From positions 1 to 64,000 of IMG/VR virus record IMGVR_UViG_3300015242_000020: a DNA stretch of 64,000 nucleotides; one strand, written 5' to 3'. Below, one piece after another: positions 48,987-56,756 of this stretch. This stretch comes from a virus. Under the pieces are notes generated by a model that was given only the letters and a program-made list of their open reading frames with translations, ran no database searches and had not been told where the DNA came from. Within the stretch, counting starts at the first letter, position 1. Each line of letters begins with the position of its first letter. The translations under genes and the position numbers were made by a program.

Positions 48987-49247
48987 TTATGGGCTGGGTG
49001 CGAGCTGGATGACGACGGTGCCGTCGGGGGTGCCATCAGGAGGGCCAGAGGCGTCGGAGGCGATCACGATGCAGGGGGCGAACGGGGCACCGGCATGGGC
49101 ACCGGCGATCGCGGTGTCGACGTAGTGCTTGGTGGCGGCCTGCAGGTTGGTGGTGGGGTCGGCCGCGAGCACCAGCGCACCGGTCATCGTGTCGCCGGCC
49201 ACGCTGACCTTGTCTGGGTCGCCCCCTGAGGTCCCGATCGCTGGCAT
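48987..49247 (-). CDS. short fiber-like protein
   Basis: GDTMTGAL..DPTTNLQAATKHYVD fiber motif. Confidence 0.7.
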   Translation of the reverse strand: MPAIGTSGGDPDKVSVAGDTMTGALVLAADPTTNLQAATKHYVDTAIAGAHAGAPFAPCIVIASDASGPPDGTPDGTVVIQLAPSP

Positions 49248-49249
49248 GG

Positions 49250-49927
49250 CTACAGCTCCACGACGGCGATCGAGGCCGAACCGCCGGCCCCGTCGGTCCC
49301 GATGTTGGCCGTGCCCCCGCCGGCATACGCCGCGACCCGGAACTGGAAGCTCCAGGAGTAGGTGCCGGCCGAGAGGCCGGAGCGCTCGTAGGCGGAGTAG
49401 CTCGCGCCGGTGCCGCCCTGATGGGATCCAGACGGATCGTCGATCATCTGCCAGGTGCCCAGCACGGTGCCGGTATTGGCGGTGGCCGACCTAAAGATCG
49501 AGCCCACCCCCAGTTCGTGGCTGCCAGTGAAGGTCTTCCAGGTGGCGATGATCTCCAGTGGTCGCATCCCGTCAGGGACCACGATGTTCTGCGCGACCAC
49601 CACCACGGTGAACGTGGAGGAGTCGGAGTTGGAGACCGATGAGGACTGATAGGTGATCGCCGGCTGCCCACCGGTGGTCTTCAGTAGTCCGGCCGGTCCG
49701 ATCCGACGCCACGCGGTACCTGACCACCACCACTCCAGGCCGGTGTCGGTCTCGAAGATCCGCATACCGGTCTGGTTGGTGCTCCAAGTCGGCCGGGTGG
49801 AGGAGGTGCAGATGGTGATGCCGGGAGCGGCGTCGATCTTGCCCCAGTTGTTGAAGATGTCCTGGGTGACAAAGGAGTCGGAGGTAGTCGGTTTCAGCAG
49901 CCCCAAATGCGGCGACGAGGTTGGCAT
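49250..49927 (-). CDS. fiber/minor structural protein
   Basis: HLGLLKP, NNWGKID and GMRIFETDTG. Confidence 0.7.
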   Translation of the reverse strand: MPTSSPHLGLLKPTTSDSFVTQDIFNNWGKIDAAPGITICTSSTRPTWSTNQTGMRIFETDTGLEWWWSGTAWRRIGPAGLLKTTGGQPAITYQSSSVSNSDSSTFTVVVVAQNIVVPDGMRPLEIIATWKTFTGSHELGVGSIFRSATANTGTVLGTWQMIDDPSGSHQGGTGASYSAYERSGLSAGTYSWSFQFRVAAYAGGGTANIGTDGAGGSASIAVVEL

Positions 49928-49954
49928 CCCGAATCCTTCCGGCCTGATCGGTCT

Positions 49955-49991
49955 CTAGTCCTTAGATGGGCCGGATTCGGGTGGGCGCAGG
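49955..49991 (-). promoter_or_regulatory. putative late promoter CCTG-N24-AAGGACTAG
   Basis: Variant of the shared motif. Confidence 0.45.
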
Positions 49992-50076
49992 GTGTCCGGA
50001 CATGCAGCGGCCCCCGCCGGGCTATCCCAGACGGGGGCCGGAGCCGATTAAGGAGCGATCACATGATCTGGTCGCC

Positions 50077-50424
50077 CTACTCTGCCGGGGCGGCTTCTGC
50101 CTCCGGGGTGACTGCCGCTGCCGGCTCAACGACCGGGCCGGTCGTGGAGGCCGGGGATCCCACCGTCAGCTCGGCCGGGTCCTCGACGTCATCAGGGGTC
50201 AGAGCTGCCGCGCGCTGCCCGGGGGTCAGGAAGTACTCGTCCTGGGTCAGCTCGCCCTCTTCGCCCGAGCCGCCATGCAGATCCCGAAACAGCGGAGTGG
50301 CGAATTCCAGGCTCTGGGTCTGGTCGATGTTCCCGTGGGTGAGCACCTGGCCGTACTGGTCGGTCGGGTTGGGGACATGGTCTTCGGACTCGACGTAGCG
50401 CTCCGGCTGCACCGATTCGGACAT
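50077..50424 (-). CDS. acidic hypothetical protein
   Basis: ATG 50424 after GAAGGA. Confidence 0.6.
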   Translation of the reverse strand: MSESVQPERYVESEDHVPNPTDQYGQVLTHGNIDQTQSLEFATPLFRDLHGGSGEEGELTQDEYFLTPGQRAAALTPDDVEDPAELTVGSPASTTGPVVEPAAAVTPEAEAAPAE

Positions 50425-50473
50425 GATGGAAGATCCTTCCGTTGGTCGGGGCCGGTGGCCCTCGTGCGTGGTC

Positions 50474-50965
50474 TTACTGGGAGGTACGTACCCAATAATT
50501 GGGCTGCTCCCCACCGTCGACCAGGGCGTACTGGCCGGCCAGTGAAGCGTGCTCGGTGCAGAGTGGAGGGATTTGGTTACGCCGGCTGAGCAACATGATC
50601 GCCTGCTGCTCGCAGGTCACCCCCGCGCGAGTGCCGGGGCCAATGCAGGGCAAGCCCACCATCACGTTCTCGGTGGACTGCACGTCGATGACGTCCTTAA
50701 CCGCTTGCGCTGCGTGGCTGGCCTGAGCCTGCCCGGCATGCCGCTGCGCCTCATACGCCCGGTCGATCTCCTCCTCGTTGTCCATCAGCTCCAGGCTGCC
50801 GAGCTTGATGGCACGGCGGATCGAGATGTCATCGCGCAACTCATCCGAGATCATCTGGATGTCCTCCCCCGATGGATCGCCAGCGGCACGCCAGATCAGG
50901 GGTCGCTGATCGTGCGGGTGCACCAGCACCGGGTTGGAGAGGCGGTTGCGCAGCGCGTAGGGCAC
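50474..50965 (-). CDS. conserved hypothetical protein of the structural region
   Basis: GDPSGEDIQ, CIGPG and PPLC..H motifs. Confidence 0.7.
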   Translation of the reverse strand: MPYALRNRLSNPVLVHPHDQRPLIWRAAGDPSGEDIQMISDELRDDISIRRAIKLGSLELMDNEEEIDRAYEAQRHAGQAQASHAAQAVKDVIDVQSTENVMVGLPCIGPGTRAGVTCEQQAIMLLSRRNQIPPLCTEHASLAGQYALVDGGEQPNYWVRTSQ

Positions 50966-50993
50966 GAGGGGCTCCTAGTGGTCGGAGATTCTT

Positions 50994-51031
50994 CTACCTC
51001 TTCAACGAGCACCCGAGAGAGAGGGAACAGG
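50994..51031 (-). promoter_or_regulatory. putative late promoter CCTG-N25-AAGAGGTAG
   Basis: Shared motif. Confidence 0.6.
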
Positions 51032-51040
51032 GCAGGGCAG

Positions 51041-51081
51041 CACACAGCCCCGGTGAGGAGCTGAGTCACCGGGGCTGTGTG
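51041..51081 (-). terminator. hairpin terminator
   Basis: CACACAGCCCCGGTGA...TCACCGGGGCTGTGTG. Confidence 0.6.
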
Positions 51082-51089
51082 GTCGTGGG

Positions 51090-51554
51090 TCAGACGGTCG
51101 GCTGGTCGGTGCTTCCGCCGTCGGTCAGAGTGGATCCATCGGTCGGAGCACCACCGTCGGCCGGCGGGGCGGTCACGACCGGGTCGGAGGTGCTGATGCT
51201 GGCCACGGTGGCATCCATCTGCGCTACCGCTGCATCGAGCTTGGCCTGATCTTCGGGGGAAACCTGACCGATCGCAGCCTTCAGGGCTGCATAGTCGGCT
51301 TCCAGGCGCGTAACGCCGTCAGCGAGGGTCTGGCTGACTGCTACGAGGTCGTCAAAGCTGGACACGAAGTGCTCCATTCGTTGGTCGGCGGCATCAAGGC
51401 GCCGATGAATTGCCTTGAGTTCTTCCCGGATCGCTTCCAGCAGCCAGTCGAAGACCAGCCCCTGGTGGCGAACGATCCTGCCCACCCACTCCGGCTGCCC
51501 GGGATGGCTGTTCCACATCGGGCGCTGTGGGCTCACAGATGCTCCCCCGCACAC
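51090..51554 (-). CDS. coiled-coil hypothetical protein (start uncertain, possibly 51365)
   Basis: ORF track; helical pattern. Confidence 0.5.
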   Translation of the reverse strand: MCGGASVSPQRPMWNSHPGQPEWVGRIVRHQGLVFDWLLEAIREELKAIHRRLDAADQRMEHFVSSFDDLVAVSQTLADGVTRLEADYAALKAAIGQVSPEDQAKLDAAVAQMDATVASISTSDPVVTAPPADGGAPTDGSTLTDGGSTDQPTV

Positions 51555-51706
51555 GTCAGGAATCTTTCCGGATAGACCGCTCAGCCGTGGCCCTCGATGG
51601 GTGCTCGTGCATCGCGGCGGACGAGGGGATGCTAGCCGAGAAACCTTTGAGCGAATAGGGGCACGCCGGAGGACAGCCGATCCGGAATTATTGCCGGAAT
51701 AGTTGC

Positions 51707-51943
51707 TCAGTCCAGCCAGTGCAATTCGGTGTCGTCGTCATCGATATCGATCGGCACCCGGAGCACGGACCGGACGGCGTCCAGGCGTTGGACAGCTCGG
51801 ATGGCCTGGAGGATCTCGATCGGGGAGTGCTTCAGGTCCAGGTGGATGGCCACCGCCGTATCGGCCTCCTCCACCGGTGCCGCGCTGAGATAGACCCAGG
51901 GGCAGATCGGGCAGGGATAGGACGTCAGAGTGTCCGTCGGCAT
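51707..51943 (-). CDS. C2H2-like zinc-finger protein
   Basis: YPCPICPW...HLDLKH; AAGGAG RBS. Confidence 0.6.
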   Translation of the reverse strand: MPTDTLTSYPCPICPWVYLSAAPVEEADTAVAIHLDLKHSPIEILQAIRAVQRLDAVRSVLRVPIDIDDDDTELHWLD

Positions 51944-52066
51944 AGAACTATCTCCTTCAGAGAGCACAAAACCCCGGCACGTAAGATGCCAGGGCTCGCG
52001 CAACGGGGGTTGGACTCTCAACTCAGGTTGGTCAGCGGCCTCACCTTTCCCTCCACTCTTGTCTGA

Positions 52067-52096
52067 AGAGTAGAGCCAAGGATCTTTGGAACGCAA
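52067..52096 (-). promoter_or_regulatory. promoter TTGCGT-N18-TACTCT with operator-like CAAGGATCTTTG
   Basis: Read directly from the sequence. Confidence 0.45.
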
Positions 52097-52111
52097 GCAG
52101 ACATGCCGGAT

Positions 52112-52378
52112 TTATGTCTCGGCCAGTCGATACATCGCCGCGTCCAGCAGCACCTTGGCCTCCGAGGGGCTGTCGCAGTGCATCAGCTCGGCACACACCT
52201 GGCTCTGCAGACTCGCGGGGAAGGCCTCCAGGTGAAAGTGCTCGCCGTGGTTGTCCGCCGGCCACCAGATGAGCTGGATGACCTCACCGGACCGGCGCCG
52301 GACGACCATCACCAGGTCCCCGACCCCGACCTTGCTGATGCTGGAGGCGCGCTGAGCGAGTCGCTGCCGGAGCTTCAC
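52112..52378 (-). CDS. hypothetical protein
   Basis: GTGA overlap. Confidence 0.6.
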   Translation of the reverse strand: MKLRQRLAQRASSISKVGVGDLVMVVRRRSGEVIQLIWWPADNHGEHFHLEAFPASLQSQVCAELMHCDSPSEAKVLLDAAMYRLAET

Positions 52379-52680
52379 GACTCGACCCCCTCTGTGGCCT
52401 CGCCGGCCTCCACCTGAACCACACCGCGCTCGATCGAGGCTTTGGGGTCCTCATCTACCTCATCGTCTGGTCCACCGGCCACGGCCAACACAGCCCCGCG
52501 CACGCAGCCCTTCTTGCAGGCGAACCACTCGCCGCCGATGCCACCGCGCTCGTTGATCAGGCTGGCAGTGCCGTGGTAGCCCCAGGGCACCGCCTCGTCG
52601 TATTCCGGGTCGTGCAGGACCACCCGGCCGCAGGCGGGGTTGTCGCAGGTGTACTGGTCGACCTTGATCTCGGTCTTCAT
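52375..52680 (-). CDS. hypothetical Cys-containing protein
   Basis: YTCDNPAC..FACKKGC; AAGGA RBS. Confidence 0.65.
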   Translation of the reverse strand: MKTEIKVDQYTCDNPACGRVVLHDPEYDEAVPWGYHGTASLINERGGIGGEWFACKKGCVRGAVLAVAGGPDDEVDEDPKASIERGVVQVEAGEATEGVES

Positions 52681-52733
52681 CAGGGCATCCTTTGTCTCAG
52701 AGGTCGAGGGAGAAGCATAGAGCGCAGAGGCAA

Positions 52734-52765
52734 GACCGCCGGGGTAGTCCAGCGCCCCGGCGGTC
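52734..52765 (-). terminator. hairpin after the 27-aa ORF
   Basis: GACCGCCGGGG...CCCCGGCGGTC. Confidence 0.55.
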
Positions 52766-52772
52766 GCCGTGC

Positions 52773-52856
52773 TTAGACCGTCCAGGTCAGGCCGTCACGT
52801 TTGGCCCATGTCGCGCCATCGCGCAACCAAGACGTACCTCTCGTATTTTTCACCAT
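52773..52856 (-). CDS. 27-aa peptide MVKNTRGTSWLRDGATWAKRDGLTWTV
   Basis: Strong SD GGGAGGTGA; has its own promoter and a downstream hairpin. Confidence 0.55.
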   Translation of the reverse strand: MVKNTRGTSWLRDGATWAKRDGLTWTV

Positions 52857-52970
52857 TACCTTCACCTCCCGGACCGTGATCGGAGGCATGTCACGCTCAG
52901 CCGGATTCGTCGGCGATGAGCCAGGTAACTGCCAGGGACCCCTCAATCACACTGAGTGGGGGATGATCTG

Positions 52971-52999
52971 ATGTTAAGGATTCTTGGAACCCATGTCAA
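52971..52999 (-). promoter_or_regulatory. near-consensus SigA promoter TTGACA-N17-TAACAT with operator CAAGAATCCTTA
   Basis: Read directly from the sequence. Confidence 0.7.
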
Positions 53000-53000
53000 G

Positions 53001-53032
53001 CAAAGGCCGGCGACCCTTTAGGACTGCCGGCC
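53001..53032 (-). terminator. terminator of the tRNA operon
   Basis: GGCCGGC...GCCGGCC followed by TTTG. Confidence 0.6.
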
Positions 53033-53046
53033 GGGGGGAAGATGTC

Positions 53047-53190
53047 GCAGGAGGGCTACACGGTTTACCGCAGCCCTCGGACTGTCCGGATGCGCTGTCC
53101 GGCCTTACCGAGTGGCTCGCTCTGCCGCTAGCCGGATTCGTGGTGCACCACTACTACCGACGCGCCTCGCTGAGACTGGCGCCCTCCCGC
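53047..53190 (-). ncRNA. putative structured ncRNA after the last tRNA
   Basis: Ends pair (GCGGGAGGGC/GCCCTCCTGC); internal hairpins. Confidence 0.5.
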
Positions 53191-53191
53191 G

Positions 53192-53264
53192 CTTCCCCAC
53201 CAGGACTCGAACCTGGAACCGTCGCCTTAACAGGGCGCTGCGCTGCCAGTTGCGCTATAGGGAA
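53192..53264 (-). tRNA. tRNA-Asn(GTT)
   Basis: Cloverleaf folded by hand. Confidence 0.9.
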
Positions 53265-53308
53265 TTGGGTTTGAGAGGGGGCCCAGTTACCCGGGCCCCC
53301 TCTCACCG

Positions 53309-53383
53309 TAGCGGGTGAAGGATTTGAACCTTCGACCTTTGGGATATGAGCCCAACGAGCTGACCGAGCTGCTCTAACCCGCC
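53309..53383 (-). tRNA. tRNA-Met(CAT), initiator-like anticodon stem
   Basis: GGG/CCC anticodon-stem pairs; G1:U72. Confidence 0.9.
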
Positions 53384-53402
53384 ATGTCCTTGCATCGTAC
53401 AG

Positions 53403-53478
53403 TCCGGGGAGCAGGATTTGAACCTGCGCATCGCCTGTTTATAAGACAGGAGCCTTACCCCGACTTGGCCATCCCCGG
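53403..53478 (-). tRNA. tRNA-Ile(TAT)
   Basis: CCTGT-CTTATAA-ACAGG anticodon arm. Confidence 0.85.
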
Positions 53479-53490
53479 CAGGGATGATCG

Positions 53491-53565
53491 TCCCGGAGGC
53501 TGGATTTGAACCAGCGACACCATCCGTATCAGGGATGCGCTCTACCCAAGCTGAGCTACTCCGGA
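53491..53565 (-). tRNA. tRNA-Ile(GAT)
   Basis: Cloverleaf. Confidence 0.9.
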
Positions 53566-53568
53566 TCG

Positions 53569-53631
53569 GCTCCGGGAGAGTCATCCTCCCGAAGGTCATG
53601 CTCTAAGGCCCCTTACCCGGATGACCGGAGC
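53569..53631 (-). ncRNA. structured spacer element
   Basis: GCTCCGG/CCGGAGC and GTCATCC/GGATGAC stems. Confidence 0.35.
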
Positions 53632-53649
53632 TGCAGCGCAGGGCACTTG

Positions 53650-53722
53650 TCGACGTGGCGTGACTCGAACACGCATACCTGCTGGGTGTAAACCAGTTGC
53701 TCGCCAGTTGAGCTACACGTCG
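53650..53722 (-). tRNA. tRNA-Val(TAC)
   Basis: Cloverleaf. Confidence 0.88.
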
Positions 53723-53980
53723 CTGGCATCGGGCCAACGCCACTGCTGGCAAGCAGTGCCCCGGGGAAAGGAAGGGGGATGCCGCCCCAGACCTCCGCGT
53801 TGGACCCTCCGCGCCGACCCCCTCGGCATCGAACCGAGAACCCCCGGTACTTCACACCGGTGCTACTACCCGACTGAGCTTGAGGCCGTTGCCCTCGGCC
53901 TTCTCGCAGAGAGTTGGCCGAGGTCGTGCTAGTCCCTTCACCGGCTGACAGTTGAGGCTCGTGGTGAGCCCGGATGCCAG
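53723..53980 (-). ncRNA. putative structured RNA enclosing tRNA-Phe
   Basis: Terminal helix CTGGCATC(C)GGGC/GCCCGATGCCAG with nested stems. Confidence 0.5.
53814..53888 (-). tRNA. tRNA-Phe(GAA), atypical
   Basis: CCGGT-GTGAAGT-ACCGG anticodon arm; T-arm CTCGG-TTCGATG-CCGAG. Confidence 0.75.
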
Positions 53981-54044
53981 TCCGTCCTGCGACGGGTCTG
54001 CAAGAAACCTTAGACGACCGAGTAGTCGTCGCGCAAGTCTTGCG

Positions 54045-54117
54045 AGCAGGTGACGGGATTCGAACCCGCAACAGCGACCTTGGAAGGGTCGTACACGTCC
54101 AGTTGTGATTCACCTGC
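54045..54117 (-). tRNA. tRNA-Gly(TCC)
   Basis: Cloverleaf; U73. Confidence 0.88.
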
Positions 54118-54122
54118 ATGGA

Positions 54123-54239
54123 GTACGCCCCTGGCTATCCTCGCGAGATGGACGTCAGCGGAGACTGAAAAGCCTAGTAAACACCGGAATCTCTCCGGCT
54201 TACTCTTCGGGCCCCGTACGGCCATAGCCAGGGACGTAC
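54123..54239 (-). ncRNA. putative structured ncRNA with 16-bp closing helix
   Basis: GTACGTCCCTGGCTAT/ATAGCCAGGGGCGTAC. Confidence 0.5.
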
Positions 54240-54243
54240 CTCG

Positions 54244-54316
54244 GGTGACGGACGGGGCTCGAACCCGCAGCCTCCGGATTCACAATCCGGCGTCCTACCA
54301 ATCGGACTTCCGTCAC
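54244..54316 (-). tRNA. tRNA-His(GTG)
   Basis: Cloverleaf; C73; G-1 not encoded. Confidence 0.9.
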
Positions 54317-54318
54317 AG

Positions 54319-54391
54319 CACGAGCGCGAGGAGTCGAACCTCGATTATCCGGTTTTGGAGACCGGTGTGTTCCCAGTTACACCACGCCCGC
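54319..54391 (-). tRNA. tRNA-Trp(CCA)
   Basis: Cloverleaf. Confidence 0.9.
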
Positions 54392-54513
54392 AGAGATACC
54401 TCGGGGATGGTGTCGATGCCATCGGTTCATCATGCGGGCGCTCCTCTCTTAGGATCGTGCTGTGCGGTTCCAGGAACCCACCGTAGCAGCAGAATCCCTG
54501 GAGCCGCCAGCGT

Positions 54514-55011
54514 TTAGTTGCCCTTCCATCGCTGTCCATGGACGATCCTGTGAATTTGCGGTCGACCAACACCAAATCGATCCGAGAGATCGCACTGGCG
54601 TTGACCATCAGCGAACAGACTGCGGATCTCGACCACCTGATTCCACGTGAGCTTGGCCTCATGATGTTGTTCGCCAGGACGACCGCGTTTCCGATCGCGA
54701 CCACGCTCGATCATGTCTCGGATATTGTCCGCCTGCGTTCCTCCGAGCCAATGAGCGGGATTCTGGCACGGAGGCACGTCACAAGTGTGACGCACTACCC
54801 GAGGAGGCATCATGTCGTACTCCAGTAGCCATCCTGCTCGGTGCGCGGTCCAGATCAAGTGCTTGCCTGTGTCGTCGTTGCCGACATAGATCGAGCCGTG
54901 GCCGAATGGGTGCGTGGCCGCCGTCCATAACCAGCAATCATCAGGACCACGGCGCACGTACTTCTCTTCGTACCTTTCTCGCAATGTGAGGCTGACTTGC
55001 ACCCTATGCAC
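54514..55011 (-). CDS. HNH homing endonuclease with C-terminal HTH
   Basis: CWLWT, AHRAGW, VRHTCDVPPCQNPAH..GTQADN and AKLT. Confidence 0.9.
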   Translation of the reverse strand: MHRVQVSLTLRERYEEKYVRRGPDDCWLWTAATHPFGHGSIYVGNDDTGKHLIWTAHRAGWLLEYDMMPPRVVRHTCDVPPCQNPAHWLGGTQADNIRDMIERGRDRKRGRPGEQHHEAKLTWNQVVEIRSLFADGQRQCDLSDRFGVGRPQIHRIVHGQRWKGN

Positions 55012-56194
55012 CCTTTACGTTCAGAAATTGCCGCAGCTCGTGCCGGATCTCGACCATGTCCGCCGCATCCGCCATCACGGTGTCGATCGGCTTGTACGCG
55101 TCCGGGTGCTCATCCAGGAATGCATCGGACTCACCCCAGACCACGCCGGCCGCCGCCATCTTGGCGTTCAGGTCCTCCCGGGTAAACAGCGACTTGGCCG
55201 CCGACCGGGAGTGTGCCCGACCAGCACCATGTGGAGCGGAGTTCAGCGAGTCGCTGTTGCCCTTACCGATGACCACGTAGCTCCTGGTACCCATCGAGCC
55301 CGGAATGAGCCCAGCGACGCCCTCAGCCGCGTTGATGGCGCCCTTGCGGGATACCCACACCGGCTTGCCGCCCCAGACCTCGGCCACGGTGTAGTTGTGG
55401 TGGCAGGAGATCTCCTCCAGTCGCTGCACCGACTTGCCCGAGTCGGTCCAGACGCCCAGGCAGTCCAGCACCCGGTCCATCATCTCGGCTCGGTTCAGCC
55501 GCGCCCACAGCTGCGCCCAGTTCAGCGCCTCCATGTACCGGACGAACCCCGGTGTGCCCTCCTCCAGGTAGGCCAGGTCCTTGTTCGGCAGCGGAGTCTT
55601 GTCGTGCTCGCACTGGGCCTTGGCGATCTTGATGTGCTGCTGGGCCAGTTTGTTGCCCACGCCTCGGGATCCGGAGTGCAGGAAGGCCCAGACCCGGTCC
55701 TCTTCGTCGTAGGACAGCTCGATGAAGTGGTTTCCGGAGCCCAGCGAGCCCAGCTGTGCTCGCCAGTCCACGCCGGTGTTGTCTGCCTGCTCGACACTCC
55801 AGGTCAGCTCCAGCTCGAAAATCCGGCGCTTGGCCGTGGTCGAAATGGTCTGGTTGCGGGCGCCGGCCGAGAGCGGTACCGCCGAGGCGATCGAGCGATG
55901 CAGGTCCCGCAGGCTCTTCCCGTCCTGCACCAGATAATCAATGGTTGTCTTGGTGTACGGGGTGAGCACTGCATCCATTCCGCAGCCAATATCCACTCCG
56001 ACCGCCGAGGGCATGATCGCCTGGTAGGTAGGAATGACCGAGCCGACCGTGGCGCCCAGGCCGAGATGGGCATCCGGCATCAATGCCAGGTGCGGATGGA
56101 TGAACGGCATGCTGGCGGTCTCATACGCCTGAGCCAGGGTCTTGGGATCCAGGATCGATGCGTAGTTGACCAGCTTGTCGGTGAGGCGCTCCAC
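55004..56194 (-). CDS. rtcB: RtcB RNA ligase
   Basis: MPDAH, GVDIGCG, GSGNHF, HSGSRG, HHNY, PGSMG, PHGAGR and DEHPDAYK. Confidence 0.95.
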   Translation of the reverse strand: MERLTDKLVNYASILDPKTLAQAYETASMPFIHPHLALMPDAHLGLGATVGSVIPTYQAIMPSAVGVDIGCGMDAVLTPYTKTTIDYLVQDGKSLRDLHRSIASAVPLSAGARNQTISTTAKRRIFELELTWSVEQADNTGVDWRAQLGSLGSGNHFIELSYDEEDRVWAFLHSGSRGVGNKLAQQHIKIAKAQCEHDKTPLPNKDLAYLEEGTPGFVRYMEALNWAQLWARLNRAEMMDRVLDCLGVWTDSGKSVQRLEEISCHHNYTVAEVWGGKPVWVSRKGAINAAEGVAGLIPGSMGTRSYVVIGKGNSDSLNSAPHGAGRAHSRSAAKSLFTREDLNAKMAAAGVVWGESDAFLDEHPDAYKPIDTVMADAADMVEIRHELRQFLNVKGA

Positions 56195-56237
56195 GGTGGG
56201 ACTCCTTGGGGTCGTCAGGGGATATTTCTATCTTGCG

Positions 56238-56322
56238 CGGAGAGCGAAGGATTCGCACCCTCGTCGGGTTACCCCGAGCCTCCGGATTCCAACCGGGCAC
56301 ATTGCTGCTCTGTCAGCTCTCC
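56238..56322 (-). tRNA. tRNA-Ser(GGA)
   Basis: Long variable arm; deviant T-loop TGCGAAT. Confidence 0.75.
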
Positions 56323-56323
56323 A

Positions 56324-56412
56324 TGGCGGAAGATGCACGACTTGAACGTGCGCCGGGTCTCCCCGGGCCTCGGTTTAGCAAACCGGCGCCTTGCCAACTC
56401 AGCCAATCTTCC
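56324..56412 (-). tRNA. tRNA-Ser(GCT)
   Basis: Long variable arm; CCA encoded. Confidence 0.88.
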
Positions 56413-56422
56413 ATGATCATCG

Positions 56423-56507
56423 AAGAGGGTAACGGAGTCGAACCGTCGGGACGCACTGCCCGGTCTGGGTTTCGAAGCCAGTCGCCTACCACTAAGCACT
56501 ACCCTCC
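56423..56507 (-). tRNA. tRNA-Ser(CGA), atypical fold
   Basis: Long variable arm; 6-bp D-stem; U73. Confidence 0.75.
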
Positions 56508-56517
56508 ATACATTGCG

Positions 56518-56590
56518 CATCTCCGCCTGGATTCGAACCAAGACTGTCCGCGTCCAAAGCGCGGCGGGCTGCCGATTACCCCACGGAGAT
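56518..56590 (-). tRNA. tRNA-Gln(TTG)
   Basis: Cloverleaf. Confidence 0.88.
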
Positions 56591-56601
56591 TTACTGACGA
56601 G

Positions 56602-56673
56602 CACCGGTATCTGGACTCGAACCAAAACGACCTGGCTCAGAACCAGGCAGGCTGCCAATTACCTCATACCGAT
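56602..56673 (-). tRNA. tRNA-Gln(CTG)
   Basis: Cloverleaf. Confidence 0.88.
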
Positions 56674-56682
56674 CTGACCTCG

Positions 56683-56755
56683 CGCGCTGCACCCGATTCG
56701 AACAGGTGACCCCTGCCTTCGGAGGGCAGTGCTCTATCCACTGAGCTAGCAGCGC
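56683..56755 (-). tRNA. tRNA-Arg(CCG)
   Basis: Cloverleaf. Confidence 0.9.
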
Positions 56756-56756
56756 T

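Noticed and set aside
54914-56416. 500-aa plus-strand ORF
   Set aside because: Antisense to rtcB and tRNAs; no recognisable motifs.
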